Source: a virus (Duplodnaviria; Caudoviricetes). From it: a stretch of 52,936 bases of DNA. Both the position numbers and the translations under genes were made by a program. The stretch lies in the IMG/VR virus record IMGVR_UViG_3300032213_002156, positions 1 through 52,936 of that record; one strand, 5' to 3'. Positions within the stretch are counted from its first letter, which is position 1; each line of letters begins with the position of its first letter. This document shows positions 1-12,600 of the stretch, in pieces. The notes beneath the pieces were generated by a model. That model searched no databases. It saw only the letters and a list, made by a program, of their open reading frames with translations, and was not told the DNA's origin.

Positions 1-124
1 TATCAGTTACCAGGCAAACAGGTATGTTTAAGTGTCTGTGTATATTTTTTGCAGACCAATTGGCCATGGCAACATAATCTATTTGCTCGTTGTTAAATGC
101 AAATATTAATGCGCCAGCGGTCAT
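1..124 (-). CDS. Partial CDS running off the left edge; putative glycosyltransferase-like (GT-A) phage protein
   Basis: Not in the ORF track. Hand translation from ATG at 124: MTAGALIFAFNNEQIDYVAMANWSAKNIHRHLNIPVCLVTD. ATGA overlap with the stop of 121..429. The beta-alpha-beta pattern ending in 'VCLVTD' resembles GT-A N-termini. Confidence 0.6.
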   Translation of the reverse strand, partial: MTAGALIFAFNNEQIDYVAMANWSAKNIHRHLNIPVCLVTD

Positions 125-429
125 CGTTGTTTGTTGAGTTCTTCGTGTTCAATTAACCAGGCATTCATTTGTTCTTGCCAGCGTTGTTGTACAGCAAGTT
201 CTAGTTCCGCTACATCGACCTGTACAGGTGTTTCGTACAAGTCAAGAATAACTGCTGATTCTCGGTCAGGACATGCTGCCAGCAGTGTCAGCAGTTCTGG
301 GCCTGCACACCACATGCCACCTGCATAAGCAAATACTAGTTTAGCTTGATATTTTTCTTTAAGCAGTCGTCGGGCAGCCACGTGATCAAAACGGGCACGC
401 CCATGTGCAATTAGTTGTTCAGTATTCAT
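121..429 (-). CDS. Hypothetical phage protein (102 aa), possibly tail-fibre assembly related
   Basis: Clean ORF downstream of fibre genes, with its own sigma70-like promoter and coupled to the next gene. Function is inferred from context only. Confidence 0.6.
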   Translation of the reverse strand: MNTEQLIAHGRARFDHVAARRLLKEKYQAKLVFAYAGGMWCAGPELLTLLAACPDRESAVILDLYETPVQVDVAELELAVQQRWQEQMNAWLIEHEELNKQR

Positions 430-436
430 AGTGTTT

Positions 437-465
437 ATTATACAGGAAATATGGATAAAAGTAAA
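437..465 (-). promoter_or_regulatory. Sigma70-type promoter TTTACT-N17-TATAAT, probably giving a leaderless mRNA for 121..429
   Basis: Minus strand: TTTACT (465-460), 17-nt spacer, TATAAT (442-437), then 7 nt to the ATG at 429. No Shine-Dalgarno in between. Confidence 0.6.
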
Positions 466-483
466 GGGCCCTTGGGCCCTTTT
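463..483. terminator. Intrinsic terminator hairpin after the tail-fibre operon
   Basis: AAAGGGCC-CTTG-GGCCCTTTT, a GC-rich stem with T-runs on both strands, about 20 nt past the stop of 504..1499. Confidence 0.75.
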
Positions 484-503
484 GGTAAACCGCTACAGTT
501 CAA

Positions 504-1499
504 TCAAGCAACTGCGGCTGCAATAGTTGGTGTGCCCCATGCGGCGCTGGTTAGGTAAGTTGAGCTTGGAACAAATAGCGTTACTAATGTGGTAGGTGCT
601 GTTCCAAAAGATGTAAATGGTGACGCAGTTGCAGTGCCACCAGTGATAACGTCACTAGACCCTGTTCCAGACCCGCCTGGATCAGTCCAAGTTGTGGTCA
701 ATACCAACTGTGTTCCTGTGCCTGCTGTCTTGGCATTTAGTGCAATAAACTGTCCTGTGTACGGAGCAGTATCTGCAAATTGTTTGTAAATTAGTGTGTC
801 GCTTGTTAACAAATTATACCAGCCAGTTGTGGTGGCCAATGTGTTTGGTGTACCAGTTCCACCTGATTTGGTTGTACCTGTGTAGTTAGAGGCAGCAATG
901 GTTTGTGTCCCAAATGCACTGCCGCCGGTGATGAATATGTCACCCACCAGTGTGTTGGCCAAGTCATTCCATTCAGCATCGGCTAAATTACCTGTTGATG
1001 TTTTGCTTGTTTCCCACTTGATACGTCCACCTGCGTTGAAGAAATAACGTGCGGCATTGGCCCTGGCCCAGGTTACAGTGTGAGTGAAAGTAATTGTCCA
1101 AGCAGTTGATCCCGACCCAGTGGCAGTTGTTTTACTGGTTGTGCCTGAGAATGTTGTTGTTTGTGCACCACTAGCTACGGCATTACCACGGTTGGTAGTA
1201 AGGTTTGTGATATCAGTGGCCATGTTGGCCAAGATTGTAATAGTATCACCTACAACAGGGTTTGCTCTGCTGGTAATGGCAGTGCCTTGATGGCTGGCCA
1301 TTGACGACACTTTACTGTTCAATGTTGACCATTCAGTGGCCGAAACAGTTGCTCCGGCTGATACTGTGCTGAGTGCTGTTTCTCCATAGCCAGCAGTGGT
1401 GGCACCTGTGGACCAGATTCCGTTTACGTTTGAGCCGTTTGTGCTAACAAATCCATTATAGTCTACTGCAACTATCGTACTTCCTGCGGTGTATGTCAT
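504..1499 (-). CDS. Virion structural / tail fibre-associated protein (331 aa)
   Basis: Thr/Gly/Ala-rich beta-type protein with an 'ARYFFNAGG' motif typical of myovirus fibre/baseplate-distal proteins. SD AGGA; last gene of the tail operon. Confidence 0.6.
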   Translation of the reverse strand: MTYTAGSTIVAVDYNGFVSTNGSNVNGIWSTGATTAGYGETALSTVSAGATVSATEWSTLNSKVSSMASHQGTAITSRANPVVGDTITILANMATDITNLTTNRGNAVASGAQTTTFSGTTSKTTATGSGSTAWTITFTHTVTWARANAARYFFNAGGRIKWETSKTSTGNLADAEWNDLANTLVGDIFITGGSAFGTQTIAASNYTGTTKSGGTGTPNTLATTTGWYNLLTSDTLIYKQFADTAPYTGQFIALNAKTAGTGTQLVLTTTWTDPGGSGTGSSDVITGGTATASPFTSFGTAPTTLVTLFVPSSTYLTSAAWGTPTIAAAVA

Positions 1500-1511
1500 T
1501 TTGTTATCCTA

Positions 1512-2795
1512 TTAATTAATCTTAACAATTGCTTCTACTGTGCCTTGCTCAATAGAAGATTTGTTGTCTAAGGATCTGCCAATAACATTAAATGCTGTGG
1601 CCTCGCCTGGTTGGGCGGCTCGAGCAAGTCCATTACCTGCAGATACAAGCCTATCTCCCTTGCGTACAACACCGATGGTGTTAACCGGAACGCGACCTGT
1701 CATCGCAACAGGGGGGTGAGTTTCGTCAGTTCCAGCAACGGCATTCATTAAGTAGGCTGCTCTTGTACTTATGACACCGAACACACTTTCGCTTAGTTCG
1801 TTGGCAACTCGGGTGATTTCGTTGGCGCCACCTAGCTCAACCACTGTTCCTGCTGTTAAAACTTCGTCGGCTGCAAAACGTTCAGCAACGTCGGCATAAT
1901 TGGCATAAATGCCATTGGCACCAGAAACAATACCGGTTGCACCATTGATCAACATTACTTCAGTCGGGGTTCCGCCTATGTTGACATTGAATGCAATGTT
2001 ACCATTGCTAGTTTGATTATAAATTGTTGCTTGTGTGCCAGACACGCCAATACGGAAGTCTTGATTTACACCAACAGTAAGTCCGGTATTGTTTAAAACG
2101 CCCAATGATCCGGATGTGGTGTCATTGATATCACTGCGTAAAAATTGACTTGAATTAATTGAATCAAGCGTTTGAGCATTAGTTGCTGTGCCTTGGAATA
2201 ACGGAACTTGTGCTCCTACCAGGGTAGCCAATGTAATACCAGGACGTACTGTTGTAAATCCAGGAATTGCAACTTGTGGTGTGAATGCGGCGTCTTTACT
2301 AACAATGCCCACAATAGCATCGGCCACATACAATTCAATAACAGTGTGGCTAACAGCAGTGTTGTCTGTGATTGTGGCAACAATGGCGCCGGTTGTGCCA
2401 GTCCCTGCTGTAAATTGCGGACCAACCAACAACCACGCAGTACCTGTCCAAACATTCAACTGTGCGTTTACTGTGTCATACCACAAGTTGCCTTGTACGT
2501 TGCCTGTTGGAGCAGTGGATGATGCAGTAGCGGCAGAAATAACTTTAAAAGCAGATCCATTGTACACTTTCATCAATCCATTGGCTTTGTCCCACCAAAG
2601 TTGACCAGTCAACGGCGCTGTTGGAGGTGTTGTGTTAGACGCATTTTCCAGCAAGTGGATAAAGTTTTCGTCCAAAAATTCACCGTAACCAGCGTAATTT
2701 TTACCAACTAGTACCATGTTACTAGAAGTATTAATAGTACCATCTGCAATAGTAGCAAATATGGTGCCATCGGTTAGATTGATTGTATATGCCAT
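1512..2795 (-). CDS. Tail fibre-like protein with C-terminal intramolecular chaperone/autocleavage-like domain (427 aa)
   Basis: N-terminal 'LVGKNYAGYGEFLDENFIHLLENAS...GQLWWD' fibre-attachment motif. C-terminal 'YADVAERF...GTVVELGG...PVAMTGRVPV...KGDRLVSAGNG' chaperone-type motif. GGAG SD. Confidence 0.7.
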   Translation of the reverse strand: MAYTINLTDGTIFATIADGTINTSSNMVLVGKNYAGYGEFLDENFIHLLENASNTTPPTAPLTGQLWWDKANGLMKVYNGSAFKVISAATASSTAPTGNVQGNLWYDTVNAQLNVWTGTAWLLVGPQFTAGTGTTGAIVATITDNTAVSHTVIELYVADAIVGIVSKDAAFTPQVAIPGFTTVRPGITLATLVGAQVPLFQGTATNAQTLDSINSSQFLRSDINDTTSGSLGVLNNTGLTVGVNQDFRIGVSGTQATIYNQTSNGNIAFNVNIGGTPTEVMLINGATGIVSGANGIYANYADVAERFAADEVLTAGTVVELGGANEITRVANELSESVFGVISTRAAYLMNAVAGTDETHPPVAMTGRVPVNTIGVVRKGDRLVSAGNGLARAAQPGEATAFNVIGRSLDNKSSIEQGTVEAIVKIN

Positions 2796-2817
2796 TTGTA
2801 TCTTACTCCGTTAATTG

Positions 2818-2825
2818 TATTTATA
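2818..2825 (-). promoter_or_regulatory. T4-type late promoter TATAAATA
   Basis: Exact T4 gp55 consensus on the minus strand, 22 nt upstream of ATG 2795, followed by a GGAG SD. Confidence 0.75.
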
Positions 2826-2845
2826 ATGCAATTATATCTCTATAT

Positions 2846-3466
2846 TTATGCGGCGCTAAGGTTCGTTAACGTCTGGATACGGATTGTGTAATCAATTTGT
2901 ATCTGTCTGTTTAAACTCTTTTGTACCGGGTGAAATATTACATGGGTGATGAGACGCAAATTATCTGCTGATCCGTTCCATGTTTTAAGCCCTAGTTCGT
3001 CAAAAACGTACTCACCGTTGAAGTTTGTACTGTTATCAAATGCTTGTTGCCCAGGCGGCTCGCCGTAGTCTAACAGGCACGTTACTAAAATATCTGTGTA
3101 AACTTTACCAGCTGTGTGTAGCACTGTCATTTTGTTGTTGGCACTATCAGTGTCAGACGCAGAATTATCATCAACTACCTTGGCATAAGTTTCATTATAC
3201 AATGTGGCATTTTGTCCTGTTGTGTTAGGGGGCAAATAGGTAATAATACCAGTGGGATCCACGCTGGATCCACCGTTGCCAAACGCCATCTCATATATCC
3301 AACCGCCGCCCTGGGCTGACGTACGATTGCTCAGTGTTTGAGCCATGGCATAAGATATATTTTCGTAATGAATGGCGTTCTTTTTGTCTACCAATACTTC
3401 ACCAGTAACAGGGTCATGGATTTTTATAAATCCTTCAATTTTGGCCAGGCCGGGCTGAATTATCAT
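2846..3466 (-). CDS. Conserved baseplate/tail structural protein (206 aa)
   Basis: 'MAFGNGGS...LDYGEP...FDELGL...THVIFHPVQKSLNRQIQIDYTIRI' pattern; sits between the giant baseplate protein and the fibre genes. Confidence 0.6.
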   Translation of the reverse strand: MIIQPGLAKIEGFIKIHDPVTGEVLVDKKNAIHYENISYAMAQTLSNRTSAQGGGWIYEMAFGNGGSSVDPTGIITYLPPNTTGQNATLYNETYAKVVDDNSASDTDSANNKMTVLHTAGKVYTDILVTCLLDYGEPPGQQAFDNSTNFNGEYVFDELGLKTWNGSADNLRLITHVIFHPVQKSLNRQIQIDYTIRIQTLTNLSAA

Positions 3467-3600
3467 GCTCGCTTCTCCACTATAACTTCCTTGGTTTTAG
3501 GGTCAAAAATACGAATGTGCCCTTCAACAGATATTGATCCTGTTTCGTTGGGTTTCTTAGCCGGTGGCACCGGCTGTTGAGGTTGTGTACTTTGATTCAT
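3463..3600 (-). CDS. Small 45-aa protein paralogous to the N-terminus of the next gene
   Basis: Below the ORF-track cutoff. MNQSTQPQQPVPPAKKPNETGSISVEGHIRIFDPKTKEVIVEKRA*. Fills the gap exactly, has an ATGA overlap with 2846..3466 and a TAAATA 4 nt upstream. Confidence 0.7.
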   Translation of the reverse strand: MNQSTQPQQPVPPAKKPNETGSISVEGHIRIFDPKTKEVIVEKRA

Positions 3601-3616
3601 GCTTTATTTACCTTGA

Positions 3617-6600
3617 TTATTCGCCCCGTAAAAACCTTGCGGCCTGTGTCTCAGTATCTTGCAATGCTACACCGTTGCTTGGTGTGTTAATACCAGGAGC
3701 ATACCACGTTACGCCTCTGCGTACCAAAATAGTAACCTCAACTCCTTCTGGAGGTGCTGTATTAAATTCCACAGTAACCGGATTTTCATTGGTAATTGTG
3801 TAGCCGCCGTATTGTCGTATGCCGCCTATGTAAACTTCAACTGCTTCATTATCCACAGTGCTGTCGGCCGCTGATACATCTATCAGTTCAGCAACAAATG
3901 ATGTAGTAACTCCATCGCCAAGATTTACTCCTGGCACTAACGGATAAGTTATATTAGAAACAATATAATTCTGGAACTGTGGTGGTAGTAAGTTGCCGCG
4001 GCTGATATTGTATACATCAGCGTCAACTGCATGACTTGCTACGCCTGTTCCAGCTGTACCTCTCCGCAAACCGCTCACTGTATTGGCAACCGTATCACGG
4101 TTACGGTACATAATACGCTCGCCATTGATAGTTAGTAATCCCCAAATGTTCATTGCTAAATTTGGTTCATTCAATGCAGCCGCGTTGTGTACATAAATGA
4201 CATCATCTGTAGTACTGAGTGGCGCTACTAGATATGTTGTGGTAGCAGGAGTAATGCGGTATGTTGCTTGAACTCCGCGCATGTCTTGGAATATGCGGAA
4301 TGCCATTGCTTCTGGAGCAACGCTGTTGGTAAACTCGGTGATCATAACAACATCTGTTGCAGACATGATATAGCCGCTGGCCAATACTATCTGGTTGTCA
4401 ACAATAGTAAATCCATCATTAACAAATATCTGGAGACCATTGAGTGTTACCCATAAGCGATCTGGGTTGGTGATTACTCTGTTTAGGTACAGATTATTAA
4501 GTGTAACTGGACGTGGTGTTGAGAAATCATACTGCCCTGGCTCAACTGATGCATCACCAGGTGGATTATCGTACTTTGTACTGCTGAATGGCTCTACAAT
4601 TGCTGGCAGTGCTGTGGACGATACTGGCCCAACATACACTTGTGTTAGGATATCTTGTTGACGAGTATCGTTCCAGCTTGTTACTGCAATAATATCACCA
4701 TTGGATGGCACCATTCCATTGAATGCATTGAACAATAGCTGTGTGCCAACAACTGACGCTTGTGTGCCGGTTGTAACACAAATTAAAATTTTCTCGCCCA
4801 ATGTCAATGGCTCAGTAAACATCACAGCACGTGGAGTATTGGGATCATACGGTTCAACTGTGAAGTCCACACCCAACACTTGCGGAACGTTGTCTACGTA
4901 CACGTGAACTTCGTTGTCTGAAATAGTTGATTGTGAGAATCCCAATCGAGTTGGCAACAGATAATCTGTTGTACCGTCTGCTAGATATTCAATACCTGCA
5001 GACGTTCTAGCACGGATACCATTGAAAGTAACAACTACATTATCGGGGTTGGTATATTCCATACTGTTGGTTAAATCATACTCTAGTACACCTGTTACAC
5101 CTGTGATATACTGTGTGACAGGTACAGACCAACTGTAGTCAATTTCAGTGCCATCAATTGTAGTTGGGCCAATGGCACCTATCATCAAGTAATCATTTAT
5201 AGTGTACGGAGTACCAAATACTACTTCGGTACTGGTGGTACCGTAAGGAACAAATGTGTAATCTGTAGTTAATGTGCCATTGGCAAAAATTACAAATTGA
5301 TCAATCAACGAGTACTTCACTGGTACAACAACTGAGCTGCCAATTTCTGCACCGTTATATGCTCGCTTGAACAGTTGATTGCCACCACCAATTTCGTACA
5401 GTGTGATTACTATTTCGCTGCCAACTGCTACACTGGGATCCAATGTAATAGTTTGTTCTGCCCAGTTTGCTGTGTAGCTCACGTCAATAGCCAAGTCAAG
5501 TCCCAGCGTTTGATTTGCAATCAACATTGTTGCAGGTACCGGAGTAACCCCAGCAAAACTATAGGTTTCGCCAACAGATGTAACTGTAAACTTGCGCACT
5601 TCTGTGCGGAATCCGTGGCCGTCACGAGCCCAATCTGCACCAGGTGTTGTGTAAACTCGGATGTCAAGTGTGTCAAACTCACTGCCCGGAACTAGTTCTT
5701 CTGGTGCATAGCTTGAGTACACGTCAATGTATTCGCCGCCTTCGACGTTGATGCTGGTGGGTCTTGTTCCCAAGTACGGATCTGTATATGGACTTTCAAA
5801 GATAGTATCCAGTATAGTTTGATCAAACGTTGGGCGCCCTTCGGGACCATATGTTAAGTTATCAAACGGAGTTGAATCATAAGGTGCAACGTCAAAACCC
5901 GGGTACTGGTCGTAACCAACTCCAAACACTTGCACGCCCGGATACTCAACACCGTCGATCAACAATGGCAAACTCAGCCCTGGTTGGTTAACTGTAGGAG
6001 TGTAGAAGCCCATGGTACGATCAACACCAGACAACGTACCAGCATTTACCAAGATCCAATCCAATGGATCAAATGTAGCACTTTGTACGCCTGTGCTATC
6101 TGGGCTGGCTGCTTGCCATACGCGGTCTGCATATCTAACCTGTGTTCCATCGTCGTAATTTACATTTGGTTGCCATTCTTGAATGGTAGAGAAATATTGA
6201 TATCTATCATATTTTATTGTAGTTTTTATCTGGCGTACCAAATCATTGCCCATAACAACTGCGGCGGTGGCACCCGAACCGTTGCCGCCTACAAAAGTTA
6301 TAATTGGAGTAGTAACATATCCGCTGCCATATTCAGTGATGTTAACACCAACTACTTGTCCTGCGCTGTTGACAACAGCAGTCATTTCTGCAGGAACGGT
6401 GGCGGCACCAGTGATCGTAATAGTTGGCGCAACAGTATACCCACTACCTGTGTTGGTAATAACAACGGATTGAACTGTCAATGTATAATTATTATACCAA
6501 TCTACCCACGGGGTTTCTGTCCATATTATGGCATTTGATGCAGTGTCGGCATTAGAGTTAGTTGGACTATTAGCAGTTGACTCGGTATATGGCAACAGCA

Positions 6601-9600
6601 CCGGGGCAATGAATTGAGGTACTGTTAAAGTTTCATCAAAAAATGCCGGATTGTCAAAGTCTGTTATTGATCCTGGATACTCGTCATTGCCAGTGTACTG
6701 CAAATTGAACTCACGAATTTGTACATGGTATGGCTTGACTTCTTGAATGTAGTTTAGCACAAAGTCCTGGTTGTCTTGGCGGTACAATTGGTACGGCAGC
6801 AACGACCGGATTTTGTGGTTGACATCAATCAGGCTGGTTTTTAACAACCAATCAGGAGCAGAGAATTCACTCATGATAAATTCAAACATCAGCATCAAAG
6901 AACGGTTTCGATTTATTGCTAATTCGTCAATGAATATTTGTTGATTAATTGCCTGAACAATCTTGCGTGTTTCAATCACTGGTTCTTGGTCAAAGTACTG
7001 TGCATCAAACACTTCAGAGTCAAATCCAAAGTTACCAAGTGAGTAGTTCCATAATTCCGCACTGAGCTCAATGGTTCCATCTTCCAGTCCCACACGGTCC
7101 CAACTTGTCAGTGTGCGCTGATAAATTTCAAATTTTCCAGCAGGTGCGTTAGTTACTTTGACACTTGCTCCAACTGGAGCAACGTTGAGTGTTATTCCGG
7201 CCAACTCTGCATAATTTACAACAGTTGCAACAGGATTTACTGTGCTGTTGTAACCAGGTGTGTACCAGTTAATATAACTCCAATAACGGCTGGTATCATA
7301 ATTTTGTACACGCACTAGTCTTAGTTCTTTAGACCCAACCAATGGCCCTGCGATGACATCATATATGGTCCAGAAGCCCTGGTTACTCGAGTCTGTTGCA
7401 ACCAAATAACGATAACCGTATGGCACAATTAATAAGTTTTGGTAACCCAATTCTGTTATGTCAGCAACACGGAAATTCCAGTTTGTAAATGTGGCGGTAC
7501 CTGTTCCTTGACCCACACCAGTGGCCACAAACGAAACACCAATTGCGTTACTTGATGCGCCTATTGCAGTAAAATCAGTTGTGCCAACATAAGAAATTGT
7601 ATAAGTGTCACCTATGTTAAATGTTCCAGCATAGTAGGCCTGAGTTGCAGTTGGCTCAGTATCTTTGCTGTTCAGCAGTGTGAGACTCTTTGTTTCAGCT
7701 ATTGGATAGTTTGCCATTATGCGATTAGCATAACCAAAATAGTTTTTCAATGCGGCAAACCGGTCAACAAACATGCTTTGACGAGGTCTAAACTCAACGC
7801 CGTAGCGTTCTGCAGGACTCAAGCTGGCATCGGGTACTTGTGCACCTGTAATGTTAACGCCACTTAAACTATCTTGTAATTTCAGATAAAGGCCAGCACT
7901 CAAGAAACTGTCAGCAATACCATCTGCAATCAACTCGTATTCTTGGTGTACATTGTCGTCGTTCTTGATGCGGTCATATTCAATGTGCAAGATTGTATCT
8001 TGCGCACTAATTAACCCCATTACATTATAAATTGCAACAGTGCTTGCATTTAGCGGGGCTAGGTAAGAAATTCCACTGGAACGTGGGTTAGATATGTAAT
8101 TGGCAATGGCATTTGTGCTTAACTTTTTGTTTGCTGCCGTGGCCACTGTGGCAATATTACGCACCCAGAAATAATAACGAGTTGCAAAAATATTATCAGT
8201 ATTGAGCTCGGAACGAGTGGTGTAACTCACAACACTCAGTGGAGTACCTGGTCCTGTGTAGGCGGCAGGTGTTACATCACTTTCGATCCACTGATAAATG
8301 TCTACACTACTGCCTGGGAATACTTGACTCCACCGACGACTTGCATACACAATGTCATCTTGGTTAGGATCAATGAAGCGGACTGAATTGGTATCCCACC
8401 AAATTTCTCCAATTCTTGCGGCGGCCCAAGGATTGCCAATATTGCGCACAGGACCGTTGTTATAACTAGCAGGGTCAACTGCGCCAATGTAATCAATATT
8501 TTCTCTTGCAACGCCAAGAATTTTACCCTGTAATGGATCAATAAAATCCAAATACGATGTAATAGTAGATTCTAATTTATCATACATGTAAACAGAGTTT
8601 AATAATGCGATTTCAACCACTGGTTGTTGTACGTGCTTAACTGTCCAGGCAGGTGTTCTATCTGCATTTTCAAATACGCTAACACGGCCATAGTTAGAAT
8701 TACTACTGTCTCCAAAGTCACTTCCGGGTGATCCAATTAACAATCTGCCTGTTACATAACTGATGGCAGTGCCGTATTGGTCAAGCGGAGTGATATTGCT
8801 GTCGTACATCTGTTGACCAAACACAAATTGTCCTGGGTTGCTAACTGAGTCTGTAGAACTTGGCAAGTAATCAAATGTGTATGTCACACCACTCTGTACA
8901 ACCACTGTTGAGAACACTGTGCTACGGTCGTCAAAATAAGTTGTGTCGTTGTCAAAGGTAACAGGTTCGTACAAGTTACCTCTCGGCGCACCAACCACCA
9001 AGGTCGTTGCATCTGTATTGATAAACACTTCTGAACCAAAATTTGCATCAACAGTAGGTGCCGGGCTTGTTATGGTTTGTGTATAAACGTACTCTACAAA
9101 TCCAAAGTCAGCAAACGCTGTTCCGACTACGCCTGGCGACACAGTTAAACGGCTGTTTGATAATACGGCCGCTGCGTTTATAACATTCAAAGTTAATATG
9201 CCTTGTACTACAAGTATAATAGCCTGTGCTTCGGGGCTGTAAATAAAACTAATGATGCCAGTGCTGTTGTTATATGTGTAGTCAACATTAAGAATTTGTA
9301 ACGTGCCATCAACATATACCACTGGATTGTAAGTGGCATATTGTGAATAAGTCACTCCAATGTCATATGTTTTTGTAACGCCGTCAGCAGTAAAATATAA
9401 ATCTCCGGGTGCAGAGGCTCGCACATTAGGAATACCAACGCCCTCGTTGGCGCTATTAATGGCATTAACTACTCCGGCCACAGTGTTGTTAGGGCTAAGT
9501 GGAATTGTTATTTCATAGTTGTCAATTCGTATCGTGTCGCCGCCAGTTAACACAGGGTTTGGAACTTGAGATGATATTACACCGTATACGCGAGCCTGGT

Positions 9601-12600
9601 TTACATTGCGCTGTACACTACCAGCGCCCGGGAACACAGTGCCGTCGGTCGGTGCACCACTATAGATACTGCAATTATTTGGGCACAAGTCAACAGACTG
9701 TCCAAAGTTAACAAACCCTGCATTGGTAATATCAGTAGCAGTACCAGTACCGGAACCTGCCCCGGTTGCAATAAACACTGTTCCTATATTATTATTTACA
9801 GCTCCAACACTAATAAAATTAGTGTTCCCAACAGTTGCAATACTGTATGACTGGCCGACAATAAATTGTCCTGCGTTAACAGTTGCAGGGCGTTGTGTAA
9901 TCTTCTGTACCGATCGGAAAATATTACTTTCAATTTCAATTATGTCGCCAACTACCAGTGTTACATTATCTTCTAGTGTTACTGTATTGCCCGACACTGT
10001 AAATTGTCCGTCAATAAATTGGCCAGCATCGGTTAAAAACGCATTGTTAATTGTTACAGATACTGGGGTGTTAAATCCAGCAGGTAATGTAAAAGTTTTT
10101 ACTCCTGTTTCACCGATACCAACTTGATATCTTGCCACACTCCGATTGTACACATAGGTACTGCCATAGGCCAATCCATTGTTGTCATCAGTTGGTGCTC
10201 CAATGATTATCTGCTGGCCGTCTGTTGCTGTTGCTACACTTGTTCCAAATCCAGAACCTACTGGACCGGAAATAGTTTCAACATACGTAAAATATGAACC
10301 AGTTTCGGCGATAATCTTAGTGCCGGCAGCCGGTAGCGTAACAAAAGTTAATGTAGTTCCTGCAAACGTATAATCAATGTACGGTCGTTGTAGCGCACCG
10401 TTAACAGTAACGCTGAAAGAATTAAGATTTGTAGCGGTGTATAGTGTTGTACTTAGATCAAATACAGAAGTTGTTGAAACGCCAGATCCAGAATATGTGT
10501 ATTCCGTTATTGATCCAACATCGTCAATTGCAGTTACAGTGATTGTGATATCATTTGCCGGCGATGTTCCGCCGCCGATTGTTGCTGCATCAATTGTAAT
10601 TGTATTTCCAACTTCGTAGAATACACCAGGTTGAGTCATTGTAACTGTGTATACTCCGCGAACTCTTTTAACTGTAAATAATGCAAGTATGCCCGGACCG
10701 TCGGTTGAGTCCTGCTCAACATTGTAATAGGTTTCAGCATCCAATTGTGTCAACATATTTCTTGTTATTACAACTGGTAAATCTCTAAGGGGAGGAGTGG
10801 CAAATACCACATCCAATGAATTCAGAGTATACTCAACTCCATACGTTTGAACCACAGCATTAACAGTTACAGTTATTTGTCCAGGCTCTGCCAAGTCAAA
10901 TACTAAATTATCGCTGTAATTAAACGACGTAGTAACACTGTCGCCAATGTACTTTACTTCTTGAATTTCCAAATCCGAACGACCGTATGCATACACTGCA
11001 TTTTGCGCTGGGGCACCGACATACGCCCACCGTTCGTCTCGGCTGATTGCCACAGCGGAGCCAAAACTTCCTGCGCTGTTACCATAGTCGGGTGCAATCA
11101 ACAATTGTGTTTGTAGGAATTCATTACTGGCAGGTGCTCGGTACAGTATAACTGTATATCCGTCGCCACCGTTACTTTGTCCGGCTCCGGCAATGGCCCA
11201 GGATTGATATCCAATGTCTAATGCACTACCATATCCTACTGTACCGGTAGTTCCTAATTGTATTATTGGGCTTTCTTCATATGTACCGCGTTGGCCGCGG
11301 AGGTATGGATAGATTGCACCCGCGCCATCATCGTACATTGGTGCACCAATCAATGCCGCAATATTTTCGTACGCTTGAGCAACACTTGCGCCGTAGCCCG
11401 TGTTATATAATGGCGTGTTTTGATCGAGTGCGTAGCCGGGTGCAAAAACATTTTGTTTTTCAAGTACTTCCCACAACCCAGCACCGTTGTTGTCAACCCA
11501 GGCCATTGCACCTGGTATCAAGTCATTGGCAAATGATAATGTGCCAACATCACTGGCTTGAGCGACACGCATAGTGTCGAGATAAAATCCTATTCCTGAT
11601 CCAGTTATAGTAGTTTGATTACCATTTGGAAATGTGTACGCAACAGTGAGCGTGGTTGGAGTAGGAGTAGTTAGTACACGATATACGCCATTGAAAGAGT
11701 CATTGAAGAATCGAACAATTAATATATCGCCTAGAGATAAATTATGTACCTGAGTAAATGTTACTAGACTGGCACCGTCGAGATTGTCAGTAACACGAGT
11801 AACTCTACCCGGCACTTGAGTAGTACGATAAACATTCCAATCATAACTGTTGGTTTTAGCTACCCAAATTTTTGTACCATTGCCGATTGAGTCCAAGTTA
11901 GCGGCAATATTACTTGGATCATCTAAAGAAAATACTGTTATATCAACGTCGTCGATGTTGACATAGCCTGCGCTTGGCAACGCTGTATCGGTCATCTGAG
12001 TTGTGGTGGTGGTTAAGAAATTCGGCGAAGTTAACTTGTAACTTTCGCGCCACACATCATTTAACAACACAGTCTGATTTGCCAAACTTGTTTCGCCTGG
12101 CAAGATTACTTGTATGGTAGACGGATCACTTTGTAACAACGGCTCGTTTAATCGCAACTCAACATAACTGCGATTTGCGTTTGCTCCATATGTGCCGCGG
12201 CGTATAGCCCAGTTTTCGTAAATTTGATAATCTGCAGTCTCTTTACCAAGGTTGGCACCAGTGAATAATTCGGCACTTAATATTGTTCCTTTGGTGCCAA
12301 TAAATTGTTGATATAAGTTAACCTGACTAGCATCGTCGAGATTAATTGCAACCATGTATTCTCTAGGCTGGAATCCGATCAATCCAAAACTCAGTAGATC
12401 GTTATCGCCTTCGAGGTTTGCAGTTTGCGTGTTGTAACTGTTCTCTATCTGATCTGCTTTGTTTGCAATATTAGGCAACAGTCCTTTTTGTATCTTGGTG
12501 AAGTCACTTTTAACCCAGTCAGCATAGGCAAATTCTCTCTTGGGCTGAATAATATCTTGTGCGGACCAATAGTTGTTTTTGTAAAGAACAATCTCGCCCT

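Noticed and set aside
504-3466. Diversity-generating retroelement or invertible cassette acting on the tail fibre genes
   Set aside because: No reverse transcriptase, recombinase or template/variable repeat pair was seen in the window.
5930-6538. 202-aa plus-strand ORF and the many other 60-210 aa ORFs antisense to structural genes (e.g. 22677..23291, 49731..50372, 51626..52123)
   Set aside because: They lie wholly opposite well-supported genes and lack SDs and motifs. They are expected from codon bias on the coding strand.
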